Source: a virus. From it: a stretch of 64,000 nucleotides of DNA. The position numbers and the translations under genes are program-made. Shown here in pieces: positions 26,756 to 38,105 of the stretch. The number at the start of each line of letters is the position of its first letter. Position 1 is the first letter of the stretch. The notes beneath the pieces are model-generated. The model saw nothing but the letters and a program-made list of their open reading frames with translations, was not told the origin of the DNA and did no database searches. The stretch spans positions 6,119-70,118 of IMG/VR virus record IMGVR_UViG_3300010391_000021. One strand, 5' to 3'.

Positions 26756-28081
26756 ATGGCTCTAAATCAAACTCTCGGTACGGCGGCAAATCCGGTTCGC
26801 ACAGTCTTAACAGGGAAATCTTATCCTGGTAGTAAATACCTCGATGTTGTTACCGATTCATACGGTTCGTTACAAGTTGTAGTTGGCGGTCAGGCGGCGG
26901 ACGCTTTCGGTCGGTTGCGAGTCGCGCAGCCCGTAGCTTTGTTTGATGCACAGTTCCAGTATGATACTCAACCGCTGTTATTTCAAACCAGCGTAGTTGG
27001 TTCTGGCTCGGTAGCTAAGACTGCGAACGAATCGTCTTTGACACTTTCTACGGGCGGAACTACCTCTACATGGGGCGCTGTAAACCAAACCAAACTTTAC
27101 ATGAGATACGAACCGGGGAAATCTCAACAGATTGTAATGACGGCGGTTCTCGGTGTAAAGAAGTCCAATGTTCGCTCTCGCATAGGATATTTCGATACAA
27201 ATGATGGAGTTTACTTCGAAATGGACGGAGCGGACGGTGCGAGTGTAAACGTGAGAACAAGCACGAGCGGCTCTCCTGTAGAGTCTGTTCATGTGCTTCA
27301 AGCTAACTGGAATTTCGATCCAATGGACGGGACGGGCGTTAGTGGCGTTGTGCTTGATTTCTCAAAAGCACAAATATTTGTGATTGATCTTCAATGGCTC
27401 GGAGAAGGGCGTGTTCGCTACGGTTTTTTTGTAAACGGCGTCTTGCTAATTTGTCACCAATACTACGCCGCCAATGTTATTGATTCACCGTACATGAATA
27501 CGGCGAACTTACCCTGCCGAGCCGAGATTTTCAATACCAGCACCGCAGCAACAACAACCACGATGAAACAGGTTTGCATGACCGTTGCGACGGAAGGCGG
27601 TTCGGAATACCCACAAGCGTATAATTTTGTTGCCAGCAATGGTACTACATCCATTACCATCAGTACGCGGCGAACTGTGCTGAGTATTCAACCTAAGACA
27701 ACGTTCAATAGCATCACGAATAGAACTAAGATCACACCTACGGCAGTGACTGTATTGACTTCAAGCGGCTCGGTGTATTGGGAACTTGTTTACAATCCCA
27801 CGCTGACCGGAACCCCTTCTTGGACCTCTGTGGATGCCAACAGCGGCGTAAACTACGATGTCGCCAATACGACACTTACGGGCGGAACTGTCATAGCTTC
27901 TGGATTTTCTTCTGGAGCGGGCGATACCGCACGCGGTACGAACATAGAACCCTTGATTGGGGCCGTTCCCTTGACGTTGGATTATGCTGGGTCTACGGCG
28001 GACATTTTGTCCATTGTTTGCACGGCGTTCACCGGCTCGGTCGTTACTAACGCGCACATGGACTGGACAGAGATTAGATAA
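26756..28081 (+). CDS. Virion structural protein
   Basis: DAFGRLRV, YEPGKSQ and IDLQWLGEG motifs seen in phage structural proteins. Confidence 0.65.
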   Translation: MALNQTLGTAANPVRTVLTGKSYPGSKYLDVVTDSYGSLQVVVGGQAADAFGRLRVAQPVALFDAQFQYDTQPLLFQTSVVGSGSVAKTANESSLTLSTGGTTSTWGAVNQTKLYMRYEPGKSQQIVMTAVLGVKKSNVRSRIGYFDTNDGVYFEMDGADGASVNVRTSTSGSPVESVHVLQANWNFDPMDGTGVSGVVLDFSKAQIFVIDLQWLGEGRVRYGFFVNGVLLICHQYYAANVIDSPYMNTANLPCRAEIFNTSTAATTTTMKQVCMTVATEGGSEYPQAYNFVASNGTTSITISTRRTVLSIQPKTTFNSITNRTKITPTAVTVLTSSGSVYWELVYNPTLTGTPSWTSVDANSGVNYDVANTTLTGGTVIASGFSSGAGDTARGTNIEPLIGAVPLTLDYAGSTADILSIVCTAFTGSVVTNAHMDWTEIR

Positions 28082-28310
28082 ATGCTACGGCAAACCTCAA
28101 AAATCTACATAACCGTAACATCGTCCGCATCTGGACACCAGCAAGCCGCGCTTATCGCAAGCGGAAAACTAATAGAAACGATACTTTCTTTGGGGCACTT
28201 ATCTGGAACCCTTGGCGGAGGGGCACAAAATCCTCCTAAGATTGTCGCAACTTTGTTCAGTTCCGGACTTTTAAATAGCATCGATTCTATTGGCAGTTTT
28301 TAAGGAATAC

Positions 28311-29387
28311 ATGGCGAATTCTACAATTACGGTTCAAAATTTAGTCGATGACGCCGCATCAAACGGCGACCTCGCCCCTACGCTGGCTACAGGCGGATTC
28401 GGGGACCAACCGGCGTTGCGGATAGCTGATACGGTAATGGCCGCTATGCTGCTCGGCGGTCCAAACGGCCAGCCTTATAATTGGAAATGGAATCGATTCA
28501 ACGTCAATTCCTTTCCTATAATCAGTTGGCAGCAGGATTATTTTGTCCCCGGCATCGTAACTCTTGGCTGGCTTGAACGTTGTTGGGCAAACGAGTATAA
28601 CCTTACATCTCAGCCGAAGCCTAAGATTCCGATGGAAGTTCGCAAGGATTTACAGGAAACTTATCAACAGACCGGGTATCCATCTAAGATTTGCTGGCTT
28701 CCGAATAAACTTTTATTCACCGGCACTTGGGGTTCTACCGCTCTCCAGACACCTACGGGGCAGAACAACCCTGGAGCTAATGTTGTCTATACCAACCCCA
28801 TCGGAGCAACTACTCAGCCATCGAATCCCATTACTCAGATTACCGATCCAAATGGCAATCTTTGGGTAGTTACGACTTATGGAACTTGCGGGGCAACACA
28901 ACCCGTTTGGCCAACCACTATCGTCTATCCGACTTTAGCGAACCCTACCGCTACCGCGACAACTCAAACAGACGGCAGCGTGACTTGGACTGCGATCAAT
29001 CCCAATGGACAGGGATTCAGGCTCTCGCCCATTCCTCCGCAGCAAGGTCAAGTCTGGACAATCAATCCAATCGCGCAATCGCGCATTAATTTATTTACCT
29101 CGCTAACACAAACAATCGATCCAGTTCCGGACGATCTCTACATGTATTTCCGGGACGGATTTTTCGCGCAATGTTACCGGAGACATCCCGATCCAAAGAT
29201 TCGTTCAAAATTTACACAAGAATGGTCGCTCTGGTTGAAGAGTCTTGATGACGCTGTAAAAAGATATGATCGCGAGATGGACGACTATGGTTTTTATCCT
29301 TCGAACGCTGGCGTGATGGACACGGGACGCGGTGCCGGTTGGTATGGCCCCGCATGGCCCTTTGCCGGATGGCCTGGTGGCTGGTAG
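28311..29387 (+). CDS. Putative head-tail adaptor protein, paralog of 32300..33211
   Basis: Shares MANS, P.nW.WN, QDY and DP.PD motifs with the 32300 gene; inserted W-rich module. Confidence 0.55.
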   Translation: MANSTITVQNLVDDAASNGDLAPTLATGGFGDQPALRIADTVMAAMLLGGPNGQPYNWKWNRFNVNSFPIISWQQDYFVPGIVTLGWLERCWANEYNLTSQPKPKIPMEVRKDLQETYQQTGYPSKICWLPNKLLFTGTWGSTALQTPTGQNNPGANVVYTNPIGATTQPSNPITQITDPNGNLWVVTTYGTCGATQPVWPTTIVYPTLANPTATATTQTDGSVTWTAINPNGQGFRLSPIPPQQGQVWTINPIAQSRINLFTSLTQTIDPVPDDLYMYFRDGFFAQCYRRHPDPKIRSKFTQEWSLWLKSLDDAVKRYDREMDDYGFYPSNAGVMDTGRGAGWYGPAWPFAGWPGGW

Positions 29388-29411
29388 ATTTTGAATAAAT
29401 AGGAGAACAAA

Positions 29412-29684
29412 ATGAGTTTTGAATTCAAACCATACACCACAAGTCAGGTTTCGGTAACAGGTTCAGCAACGCTAATCGTTGCCGCAAACCCGAGCCGTTC
29501 CTCTGTTGTTATAACTCAACTCGGAACTACTGATGTTTACGTAGGCGCTTCTGCTGTCACCACAACAACCGGCGATCTGCTTACCGGCACCAAAGGTACG
29601 GCCAAAACCTACACTACAACGGCTGCTATTTATGGCATTACGAGCGGATCGGCGCAAAGCGTGAGTTACTTCGAGGCTCAATGA
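29412..29684 (+). CDS. Small virion protein, paralog A
   Basis: QVSVTG.AT...NPSRS...GTTDVY...GTKG...IYGITSG shared with 29939..30208. Confidence 0.7.
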   Translation: MSFEFKPYTTSQVSVTGSATLIVAANPSRSSVVITQLGTTDVYVGASAVTTTTGDLLTGTKGTAKTYTTTAAIYGITSGSAQSVSYFEAQ

Positions 29685-29929
29685 AAAAGTGGATTAGACA
29701 CTTGCTGAAACGGCTGATTATTTGGGCGCTGGAATATGACCCATCTTTGCGCCCGTTTGAAATCAAATTGGTGGATACTCCTGTGGGAAAAGAAGCGGAT
29801 GCAGAAGCGGATGTAGTAGACGTAATAGAATCTATTGTGAACGAGCCTATAGCTTCTTTTGCGAACGAGCCTGTAGTTTCTTTCCCGCCATATCTCGATA
29901 TAAGAACTCCAAGAAAATCTCATCGTTAG
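29681..29929 (+). CDS. Hypothetical protein
   Basis: ATGA-coupled ORF between the two paralogs. Confidence 0.5.
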   Translation: MKKWIRHLLKRLIIWALEYDPSLRPFEIKLVDTPVGKEADAEADVVDVIESIVNEPIASFANEPVVSFPPYLDIRTPRKSHR

Positions 29930-29938
29930 GGGACAAAT

Positions 29939-30208
29939 ATGTTCCAGAACTATCCCTTTCAATCTAATCAGGTCTCGGTAACAGGCGCGGCAACGCAGAT
30001 CGCGCCGAAAAATCCGTCTCGTTCAGGCATTGTAATCATACAACACGGGACTACTGACGTTTATTTGGGCGAAGCCAATGTTACCACATCTAACGGTGCT
30101 TTGCTGGTAGGAACCAAAGGCGCGGGTCTCGCTTTCTCTACTACTAACGCTATCTACGGAATCACTTCTGGCGCAGCCCAGACTATCAGCTTTCTCGAAA
30201 CTCAATAG
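29939..30208 (+). CDS. Small virion protein, paralog B
   Basis: High visible identity to 29412..29684. Confidence 0.7.
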   Translation: MFQNYPFQSNQVSVTGAATQIAPKNPSRSGIVIIQHGTTDVYLGEANVTTSNGALLVGTKGAGLAFSTTNAIYGITSGAAQTISFLETQ

Positions 30209-30217
30209 AAATAATCC

Positions 30218-32299
30218 ATGAATAAACAATATGTAGTTCCCGTCATTAGCGGAGGCGGCGGCGCGGGCGGTTCAGGAACCGTGGCATCTGTTGCCATGAC
30301 AGTTCCTACGGAGTTGTCCGTATCTGGATCGCCTATTACTACGTCTGGAACTCTCGCTCTTACTTGGGGCGCGGCTTCTGGTAATAAAATCGTGGCGTCT
30401 CCCGCCGATGGGTCGAGCGGAGCGTATGCGGGCCGCGCACTCGTTGCTTTAGATATTCCTAATCTCGCCGCTTCTAAAATCACATCTGGAGTTCTTGCTC
30501 TTGCACAAGGCGGGAATACGTTCTCGCTACTTGGCGATGTAATCTATGGTGGAGTTGCCGCCGCGCCAACCGTTCTTTCCGGCAATATTACAGCCACCAA
30601 GATGTATCTTTCCCAGACGGGATCGGGAGCGGTGTCTGCCGCGCCTGCGTGGGCGCAAATCAATTACGCGGACATGACCGGCACTACGCCCACTCCGCCA
30701 TCTGGTACTGTTCTATGGTCTGCATTAGGCAACGCTGGTGCCGCTCTAACTCTCGCTAACGCTGGAAACGCAACTACATTTAGTCAAACATCCGCCGTAA
30801 CTTGGGGTTGGAACAATACCACAACTGCAACTTCAGGCGGGGTCACGGCGTCGTCTCCTATTATCAGTCTGGGCGGGCGTTTATTCAGTTCAGGCGTGGA
30901 CACTGCCGCAACATGGACTGCCCAGAACTTGATGAGTCCGACTACGGCTCTCGTAGGAACGATTTCAAACGCTGTAGAAACTTCTGGCAGCGTTGTCACT
31001 CTGACTATCGGTGCTCACTCATTCGTAGTCGGCAACATGATTACGTGTATAAATTTGAGCACCTTTACGTGGCTAAATAATCAGAATGCCCGAATTACCG
31101 CTATCGCCGCTACGACTATTTCCTTTACTGATCCGACTACTCATGGCACACAAGGTAGCGCGGCTCAGACTGGCACGGTAGTCCAGATTCCAACCAGCAC
31201 CTTGCCTCTCACCCCGTCAGGTTCGGCGGGCGATTCTCTTGTAATCATCCCTGCTGGTGGAGGTTTAGCCGGATCAAGTCTGTCATCTTTTGGGTTTCAG
31301 TTTGCAGGACAACCCGCGCATACTGGTTTTGCATTGGATAGTACGTCTCAAGGTGGTTTGAGTATTGCTACTATCGGCGGGGCTGGAGTAACTGCGCTTA
31401 AATTTTACACAGGTGCAGTTGGAGCGGTGACAGCGAAGGGTACCATCAGCGTCGGCGACTCTTCCGCTGGAAATAGTACAGTTCAACTCAGTGCTTCTGC
31501 TTCTAACTTTTCAGTAGAATTGCGGGCAGTCTGTACTACTAATGTCACCAACCCGTGCGTATTATTCGGTAATAATAGCAATCTCACGGCGACGGCTAAC
31601 AATCAGATAGGTTTTGGATTCGGATACACGAAGAATGCTTCCACTTCGATGGTCTTCGCTCCTACGAGCGGGACAGCGACCTTCCAAGCTCTCGTCAACA
31701 AGTACAGCGTCAATCAAACAGGCGGAGCGAACGGAGCAGTTACAGGTCTGCTTGTCAACGCTGTAGAGACGGCAGTAGGCGGAACTCATCTATTACTCGA
31801 TCTACAAGCAGGAGCAACAGGCGGAACGTCTGAATTTGCGGTAAATAATACTGGTATTGTTACTAAATACAACGCTATCACTACTGTAAGCAACGGCGTT
31901 CCCGGAATCTACGGAACTGCGGATTTGACCGCTCAGACTGCGGCCAAAACAGCCACAACTTTATACACCCCAACTGCAACAGGATTGTATAGAATCTCTG
32001 TTTATTTGAAAGTAACAACTGTCGCCAGCGCATCATCAGTCCTTGGTGGAACAACTGGCGTTACAATTACTTATACAGATGGAACAGATAGTGTCGCCCA
32101 GAGTGTGGTTGCTCGGTTAGCCACGCAAGCAGGGGCCGCCGCAATTGTCAACGCTGGAAATACAACTGCTACTTCATTGCAAGGCGAAGTAACTATCTAC
32201 GCCAAGACAGGCGTTGCTATTCAGTATGCGATTGACTATACCAGTGTCAATGCCGCTGAAATGGCGTATGAGGCGCATTTGAAAGCCGAGGCTCTCTAA
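30218..32299 (+). CDS. Tail fibre/spike-like protein
   Basis: GSGTVASV..SGSPITTSGT and DIPNLAASKITSGVL fibre motifs; G/T/A/S-rich. Confidence 0.7.
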   Translation: MNKQYVVPVISGGGGAGGSGTVASVAMTVPTELSVSGSPITTSGTLALTWGAASGNKIVASPADGSSGAYAGRALVALDIPNLAASKITSGVLALAQGGNTFSLLGDVIYGGVAAAPTVLSGNITATKMYLSQTGSGAVSAAPAWAQINYADMTGTTPTPPSGTVLWSALGNAGAALTLANAGNATTFSQTSAVTWGWNNTTTATSGGVTASSPIISLGGRLFSSGVDTAATWTAQNLMSPTTALVGTISNAVETSGSVVTLTIGAHSFVVGNMITCINLSTFTWLNNQNARITAIAATTISFTDPTTHGTQGSAAQTGTVVQIPTSTLPLTPSGSAGDSLVIIPAGGGLAGSSLSSFGFQFAGQPAHTGFALDSTSQGGLSIATIGGAGVTALKFYTGAVGAVTAKGTISVGDSSAGNSTVQLSASASNFSVELRAVCTTNVTNPCVLFGNNSNLTATANNQIGFGFGYTKNASTSMVFAPTSGTATFQALVNKYSVNQTGGANGAVTGLLVNAVETAVGGTHLLLDLQAGATGGTSEFAVNNTGIVTKYNAITTVSNGVPGIYGTADLTAQTAAKTATTLYTPTATGLYRISVYLKVTTVASASSVLGGTTGVTITYTDGTDSVAQSVVARLATQAGAAAIVNAGNTTATSLQGEVTIYAKTGVAIQYAIDYTSVNAAEMAYEAHLKAEAL

Positions 32300-33211
32300 A
32301 TGGCAAATAGTTCAATCAGACTTCTCGACTCCCTCGAATTTTGTAAAAAATTTGTGTATAATCGACCTTTGTCTTTGGGTAGTTTCAAGGAGCCTATTCT
32401 AACTGCGGCTAATATAATCAAACAAACCATTCTCGGCCCGCCTTTCTCTTGGCGCTGGAATAATGGTGTAACTGGATTTTATTGCACAGCGAACGTTCAG
32501 GACTATAAACTTGGAAATTGGGCGGCTTCTACTGCGTTTTCTTCCGCTTTCAGGATCATAGACACAAACAGCAATTCTCAGCGAGTTACTACAGCGGGAA
32601 CAAGCGGGGCGTCTGCACCGTCGTGGAATAACACCACAGCCGGAACTACCGCAGATGGGTCGGTTGTGTGGACGAACGATGGCCCGATTGCAAATTCAAC
32701 CCCCAATTATACTTTTGGCTGGATTGATGTAGCATCGGTGCAGGATATCGCTCCGACTACGCCAAAATGGTACGAGATGTCACCCAAACTCAGTCTTGCT
32801 TTGGAATCTTCTCGCGCAAGACCAACCAACGTGTCTGCTCAATTTGACAATGCCGCTGGAGTGATTACTTTTCGTTTGATGCCGGTTCCGGATGTGGCGT
32901 ATCCCATCTCTCTTACAATTCAGCAAAAGTCCGCGCTTTTTACAAGTCTAAACGGAACTTGGGACCCGATTCCAGACGAATACAGTTACATTTATCAGAC
33001 TGGTCTTTTGGCTTTGATTCTTATGTATGCCGACGACCCAAGATTTTCTGCTATGAATCAGAAATTTGTGGCGCACTTGCTCGGAGCCGCGCAAGGTCTG
33101 ACAGACACCGAACGCAACATCTTTTTAAACAATTGGCTGGCATTGAGCGGTCAGGCTTCTTTGAATAATCTCAACCTCCAACAAGGCACGCAAGCGAGGA
33201 ATGTTCTATAG
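32300..33211 (+). CDS. Putative head-tail adaptor protein
   Basis: Paralog of the 28311 gene; lies just before the large tail gene. Confidence 0.55.
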   Translation: MANSSIRLLDSLEFCKKFVYNRPLSLGSFKEPILTAANIIKQTILGPPFSWRWNNGVTGFYCTANVQDYKLGNWAASTAFSSAFRIIDTNSNSQRVTTAGTSGASAPSWNNTTAGTTADGSVVWTNDGPIANSTPNYTFGWIDVASVQDIAPTTPKWYEMSPKLSLALESSRARPTNVSAQFDNAAGVITFRLMPVPDVAYPISLTIQQKSALFTSLNGTWDPIPDEYSYIYQTGLLALILMYADDPRFSAMNQKFVAHLLGAAQGLTDTERNIFLNNWLALSGQASLNNLNLQQGTQARNVL

Positions 33212-36200
33212 TGGCTGGCTCTTTACAACTCGCTGGCGCACAACCAAATAAATCGCCGAGATACGCCGCGCTTTATACTTCTCGATTCTTCAGCGGACTC
33301 GTAACCAATCGCAGCCCGCTACGAAGCGCGGGGTCCGCCTACGAAGAACGTTATCTTGGGAATCGCGGAGACGCTCTAATCGACGGGTCAAATTGCGAAA
33401 TCACGCCGCGTTTGACCCTTTCCCGCAGACCCGGCAATCCCGTCTATAACTCGAATAGCTTTACGGGAGTGGATGCTTTTTATTCCTTCCGCGAGTTCAG
33501 TTCTACTACAGAACAGATTCGAGTAATGGTGGATGATTCCGTTGGTTTATACGACGGAACAGGAAGCACCAAAACGCTTGTATGGACGAAGAGTTCCGGA
33601 GCAGGTCAGGCATACATGCAGTCTGTTGGCAACAATCTGTTTTCGCCAACGGAGTGGATCAGAAAAAATGGGTTCAAACTTTATTTACCAGAAATGCCAG
33701 CGGTTCGTTTCCGAACATCGCAAATAGCACTACACTTAGCGGCACAACCCCTTTTCTAAGCACATACGTTATAGATAGCAACGGCAGTCTTCAGCAACTT
33801 CTCGCAACCAAATTAACCACAATCAGCAACGTTGCCTATACAAGCGCAACGAATACGCTGACTTTGACGGTTGCTTCGACGGCTGGAATGGTCGCGAACG
33901 ATCTTCAGATTTGTTGGGGGTTGGCTACTGCGACTTGGCTCAACGGCATCACCATAAAAGTAGTTACCGCCGCCGCTACGACTGTTACCGCCACTCTAGT
34001 AAACCAGACTCGCGCCGATTACGGTTCTGCGGCGGATACTGGAACCTTAGCGGCGGCAGTCGGCGGGTCGCCCGTAACAGGAACCGTTCCCACTTGGAGT
34101 ACAACTGTACCCGCAATCGGCAATAACTATCAGGGCGGGATCACAACGGACGGAACTGCGCTGTGGCTGAATAAAGGCAATCCCGTAGAAAATTGGGGAA
34201 TTGTTCAGACCGCTACGGCCCCGACTGTCGCAATAGGATCGTCTACTTCATCGTGGCATGGGAATTATTTTTATTCTTTTGCGGGCGTAATTATAGATTC
34301 CAATGGACACGTTCAGCAAGTTACTACGGCTGGAAAGTCCGGGGCTTCCGCTCCCGCATGGTCAACAACTCTCGGCGGCACTACGACAGACGGAACCGTT
34401 GTTTGGACCCTGATTCAGACTTCCGCTTCTCTGGCGTGGCAGACTCATACTCAATACGGTCCCGCAACGATTACCAATTTTTCCATCACGACCAACGTTG
34501 TAACCGTCATTTGTGCAAACAATTTCAAAGCCAATCAGACTATTTTGATTGCGGGGTTGACTACTGGTACGTATCTGAACGGCCAGTATCTTCTTATCAT
34601 AGCGGCAAGTGCAACTCAGTTTACCGCAGCCTTTACGCACACGAACGTAGGCGCTACACCCGATAGCGGGACGGCGACTCCCGGAACTTTTCTAGTCAAC
34701 AACGCCTCGGGAACAAATTGTTTATTCAAACTTTCCGTCCCGATTACGGCTCCGTATCTAACGGGAACTATAAACGTCCGTGGATGGCTCAGTGACGTTG
34801 CCTTTGATAAATTTTTCCCCGCTCCCGCTGGAGATTTTACTTTTACGTCTCCTTCCTTGAATTGGGAAGGAACCCACGACGGAAACACCTTGATGAACAT
34901 TCTCAATGGTGCGGGGGAGACGACTGGAACAACCGACACTGGACACCACAATCATTGGGAAGCCGCTATTACGGGGAACATTCACATCCGGGTTGCGGGG
35001 CAGTATTCTTTCAATCTGAATCACGATGATGGGGCGTTTTGGGCTTTTGGCGGAACTGCACAAAAAATCAGCGGAGGATTTGTAGAAGCTTCTGGATTCG
35101 CGTCAAGTCCGCATACTGTAACCGCTGTTCAAGGTTATGGTCAGATTACCGGAAATAACGGAGCGGGGGCTTCTCCAGTACAATCTTCCGTATGGAATTT
35201 TCCCACGGTTGGCGACTATCCGTACGAAATCGATTGGGCGAACTGGAAAGACCAATCGGTAATGATTCTGACCGCCAACGGTCAACAGATTTGTCCCACT
35301 CCCGATATGAGCGGAACTACTGCCCCGGTATGGCCTGCTTGGACGACTTCTTTTGCCCCGAATTATCCCAACATAAAAGAAGCAGCAGGACAGTATGTGT
35401 GGAACAACTTAGGGCCGACTACGGACTATGTATGGGCGGCAAATGTCAATTTCACGCTGCCGAATACAACAATCACCGATCCGAATAATAACACAGAGGC
35501 GCCGTATCGAACTGGAGTTAGCGGGAATACGGTTCCGACTTTCGCAAGCGGTTTGAATCAGCTAACCAATGATAATCCAAATCTAATCTGGATCAACAAA
35601 GGCCCTGCGTCGGCTCCAACGCCAGGAACGATTAGTGCGTTTCTTGGCGGGTATCAGTACGCGGTTGCTTTGGTAAATTCGGCCACGAATACTGTATCTA
35701 ATTCACCGCAATTGAGCGTTGCAACGGGTAATTTTATTGGCGCGGCTGGAGTTACCATCACGGGTGGTTTGCCCGCAACAGCCAGCATCGATCCGCAAGC
35801 GGACTATGTAGCGATTTTCAGAACTACGGATGGATTTACTACGCCTTTCCTGATTTCTGGAACTGGAAACTCAATTTACACGATTCCGCTTTCGACTTAT
35901 CTCCAAAACGGGTATAACGACACGGCAAGCGACACACAACTAAACAACTTAATTCAGGCTCCTAGATTTGGAGAAAACACCCCTCCCGCAAGCGGGGCGA
36001 AAAATCTAACATACCATCTTAGTCGGATTTTCTTCAGCATTGGAAACACCGTTTATTGGACCTCTGGACCCGATACTCCTGTCGGAAACGGAGTAGAAGG
36101 CGTTGCTCCGGCAAATACACAAGTATTTCCTTCTCTCGTAACTCGAATTGTCGCCACTACCGTAGGGGCTTTCGTATTTACTGTCTCCGACATTTATGTT

Positions 36201-37043
36201 ATTGTGGGACAGGGAACTACAACGTCTCCAATACAACCCGCGTATCCGTATTTAAAAGGCATAGGTCTTTTGAATTACAACGCTCTGGATGTCAACGGAT
36301 CGGACATCGGATTCTATAGTTCTGATAAACGATTCATTGTATTGAATCCGTCTTCCGGTCCGAGCAATGTGGGCTTCGCACTCAACGATAAATTAGAAGG
36401 GTCTTCTTGGAACGGCTTGAATGTTTATGTCGCATGGCACGCTTTCGGTCAAGATAACGCTTGGTTTGTGGCAGACGGGTCAACAGGATGGTATCGCGTT
36501 ACTCCTACGCCCTCTCCCGAACAGGGGATAACGTGGTCTCCCTTCGCTACGATTGTTGGCGGGGCAAAGGCCGTTAATTCCATCGAAACGTCTCCCGGCG
36601 TTCGCAAACTTCTCGTTGGACCAACAGGTTCCGGTTCTATTCTGAATAGAGATTTTTTAAGCAGCAGTCTAGACGGAACTTCTACCTATACTTGGTATGC
36701 AATTGTAGGAAGTCATGTTCTTGCAACCCCAGGTCAACTTGCTGAGGTCGCTTTCTTATCGACAGATTGTGTTGCGATAGGAACGAAGCCCTCTATTAGC
36801 GTCATTTTTAACGAAGCGTTTCCGTTTTATACGGGGCCGTTTGAACAAATCAATTTCTCAACCCCCGACCCCCCTCAACTACCAGAAAGCAAATCCATAT
36901 ACGGACAAAGATTCTATTTGTCTGAAACTATGGAACCTGCGATCTGTCGTTCAATGCAGTGGAGGATTGACTTCCCGAGCGAGAACGTGAAAAACGAATT
37001 ATTGGCGGCAACAATTTACGGGGCGATTCTCGTGGAAATCTAA
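33211..37043 (+). CDS. Large tail protein (nozzle/stabilisation-like, about 1277 aa) with a PA14-like domain; frameshift at about 33640-33643
   Basis: ORFs 33211..33759 and 33582..37043 join as GNNLF-FANGVDQKKW if one T is added to the T4 run. Confidence 0.65.
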
Positions 37044-37732
37044 TGACGATTGAAGAATCTACGCAAATCGATACATCTAAATACGAGAGAAGACTTCCCT
37101 CCCCACCCCCGGCATCAGAACCTTCCAAGAGTTTGATGCCGGATCGGGATGCTTTACAAATTTGTTCGATGCCCGTCATACCAGGGTCGTTTCCGTCCTC
37201 CGATAATATTCGGGATTTTCATCTTGGCGGATCGGTTCCGCAACAAAGATCACCGCTGCCTCCACCAATCAGTGCTCAAGGCGCGGGAACGAATTCAACA
37301 AGCATAGTAACAAGTTCGGCGTCATCTACTTCAACCAACAACCCGCCATTGGCGCAATCGGCGTCTGTTACAACTCCAGTTTTGAATCCGGGAGATCAAT
37401 TCATCGGAACGATCCTTCTGGCCAAATCTTTTTATTTGATTCAATTGACCGTATCTTTAGGCGCAAGAGTTCAGTTATATTCTACCGCAACATACCAAAG
37501 TCTTGACTTAGGAAGGGCGGTAATAACCCCCGTTGGCCTTGGAACCAATCAAGGTTTGATTTTTGATGCGGCGTTGGATACGGCCCCCATAGTTTGGCAA
37601 TGCAATCCCGTTCCATTAGGGGCAAATGCGGACACTCCGCAGACTAATGCAATCTACGTAACGATTACAAACATCGATGTTGTAAGTTCTCCTGTTTCCG
37701 TGACATTTACATACGTGCCGACACAGAGCTAA
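37043..37732 (+). CDS. Putative tail protein
   Basis: TAATG coupling; Pro/Ser-rich N-terminus and beta-rich C-terminus. Confidence 0.55.
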   Translation: MTIEESTQIDTSKYERRLPSPPPASEPSKSLMPDRDALQICSMPVIPGSFPSSDNIRDFHLGGSVPQQRSPLPPPISAQGAGTNSTSIVTSSASSTSTNNPPLAQSASVTTPVLNPGDQFIGTILLAKSFYLIQLTVSLGARVQLYSTATYQSLDLGRAVITPVGLGTNQGLIFDAALDTAPIVWQCNPVPLGANADTPQTNAIYVTITNIDVVSSPVSVTFTYVPTQS

Positions 37733-37733
37733 C

Positions 37734-38105
37734 ATGATAAATAGAAATTTGACAGAAGAAGACAAGACCCTGCTTGCCGATTGGATCGCCAAAGAACCGG
37801 ACCATAAACACACCCCTGAGTTCTATTTTGAACCGGGCAGCAAAACAATTATGTATCAAGATGAACAGGGTCCGGTCTTCGCGGTGAAGTATTCCTCGGC
37901 TCTTAGAGTTGATGTAGAGTTCAATCCAGAAGCGGAAAAAGATAGAATCAGAGAAGCCTTGAAAATTGTAGTTCCAGATGTGGCCGCGCAAGCGAAAGAT
38001 CAAAAGTTCAAAGAAATCGTATTTACTTCTGTATCTAAACCTCTAATCGCGTTCTGTAGGTTGTTAGGGTTTTCTGCAATACCCGATTATCGGAAGGTCA
38101 TCTAA
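37734..38105 (+). CDS. Hypothetical protein (possible degenerate GNAT at the tail/ejection boundary)
   Basis: MINRNLTEED start and LLGF end; occupies a position typical of podovirus assembly factors. Confidence 0.45.
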   Translation: MINRNLTEEDKTLLADWIAKEPDHKHTPEFYFEPGSKTIMYQDEQGPVFAVKYSSALRVDVEFNPEAEKDRIREALKIVVPDVAAQAKDQKFKEIVFTSVSKPLIAFCRLLGFSAIPDYRKVI

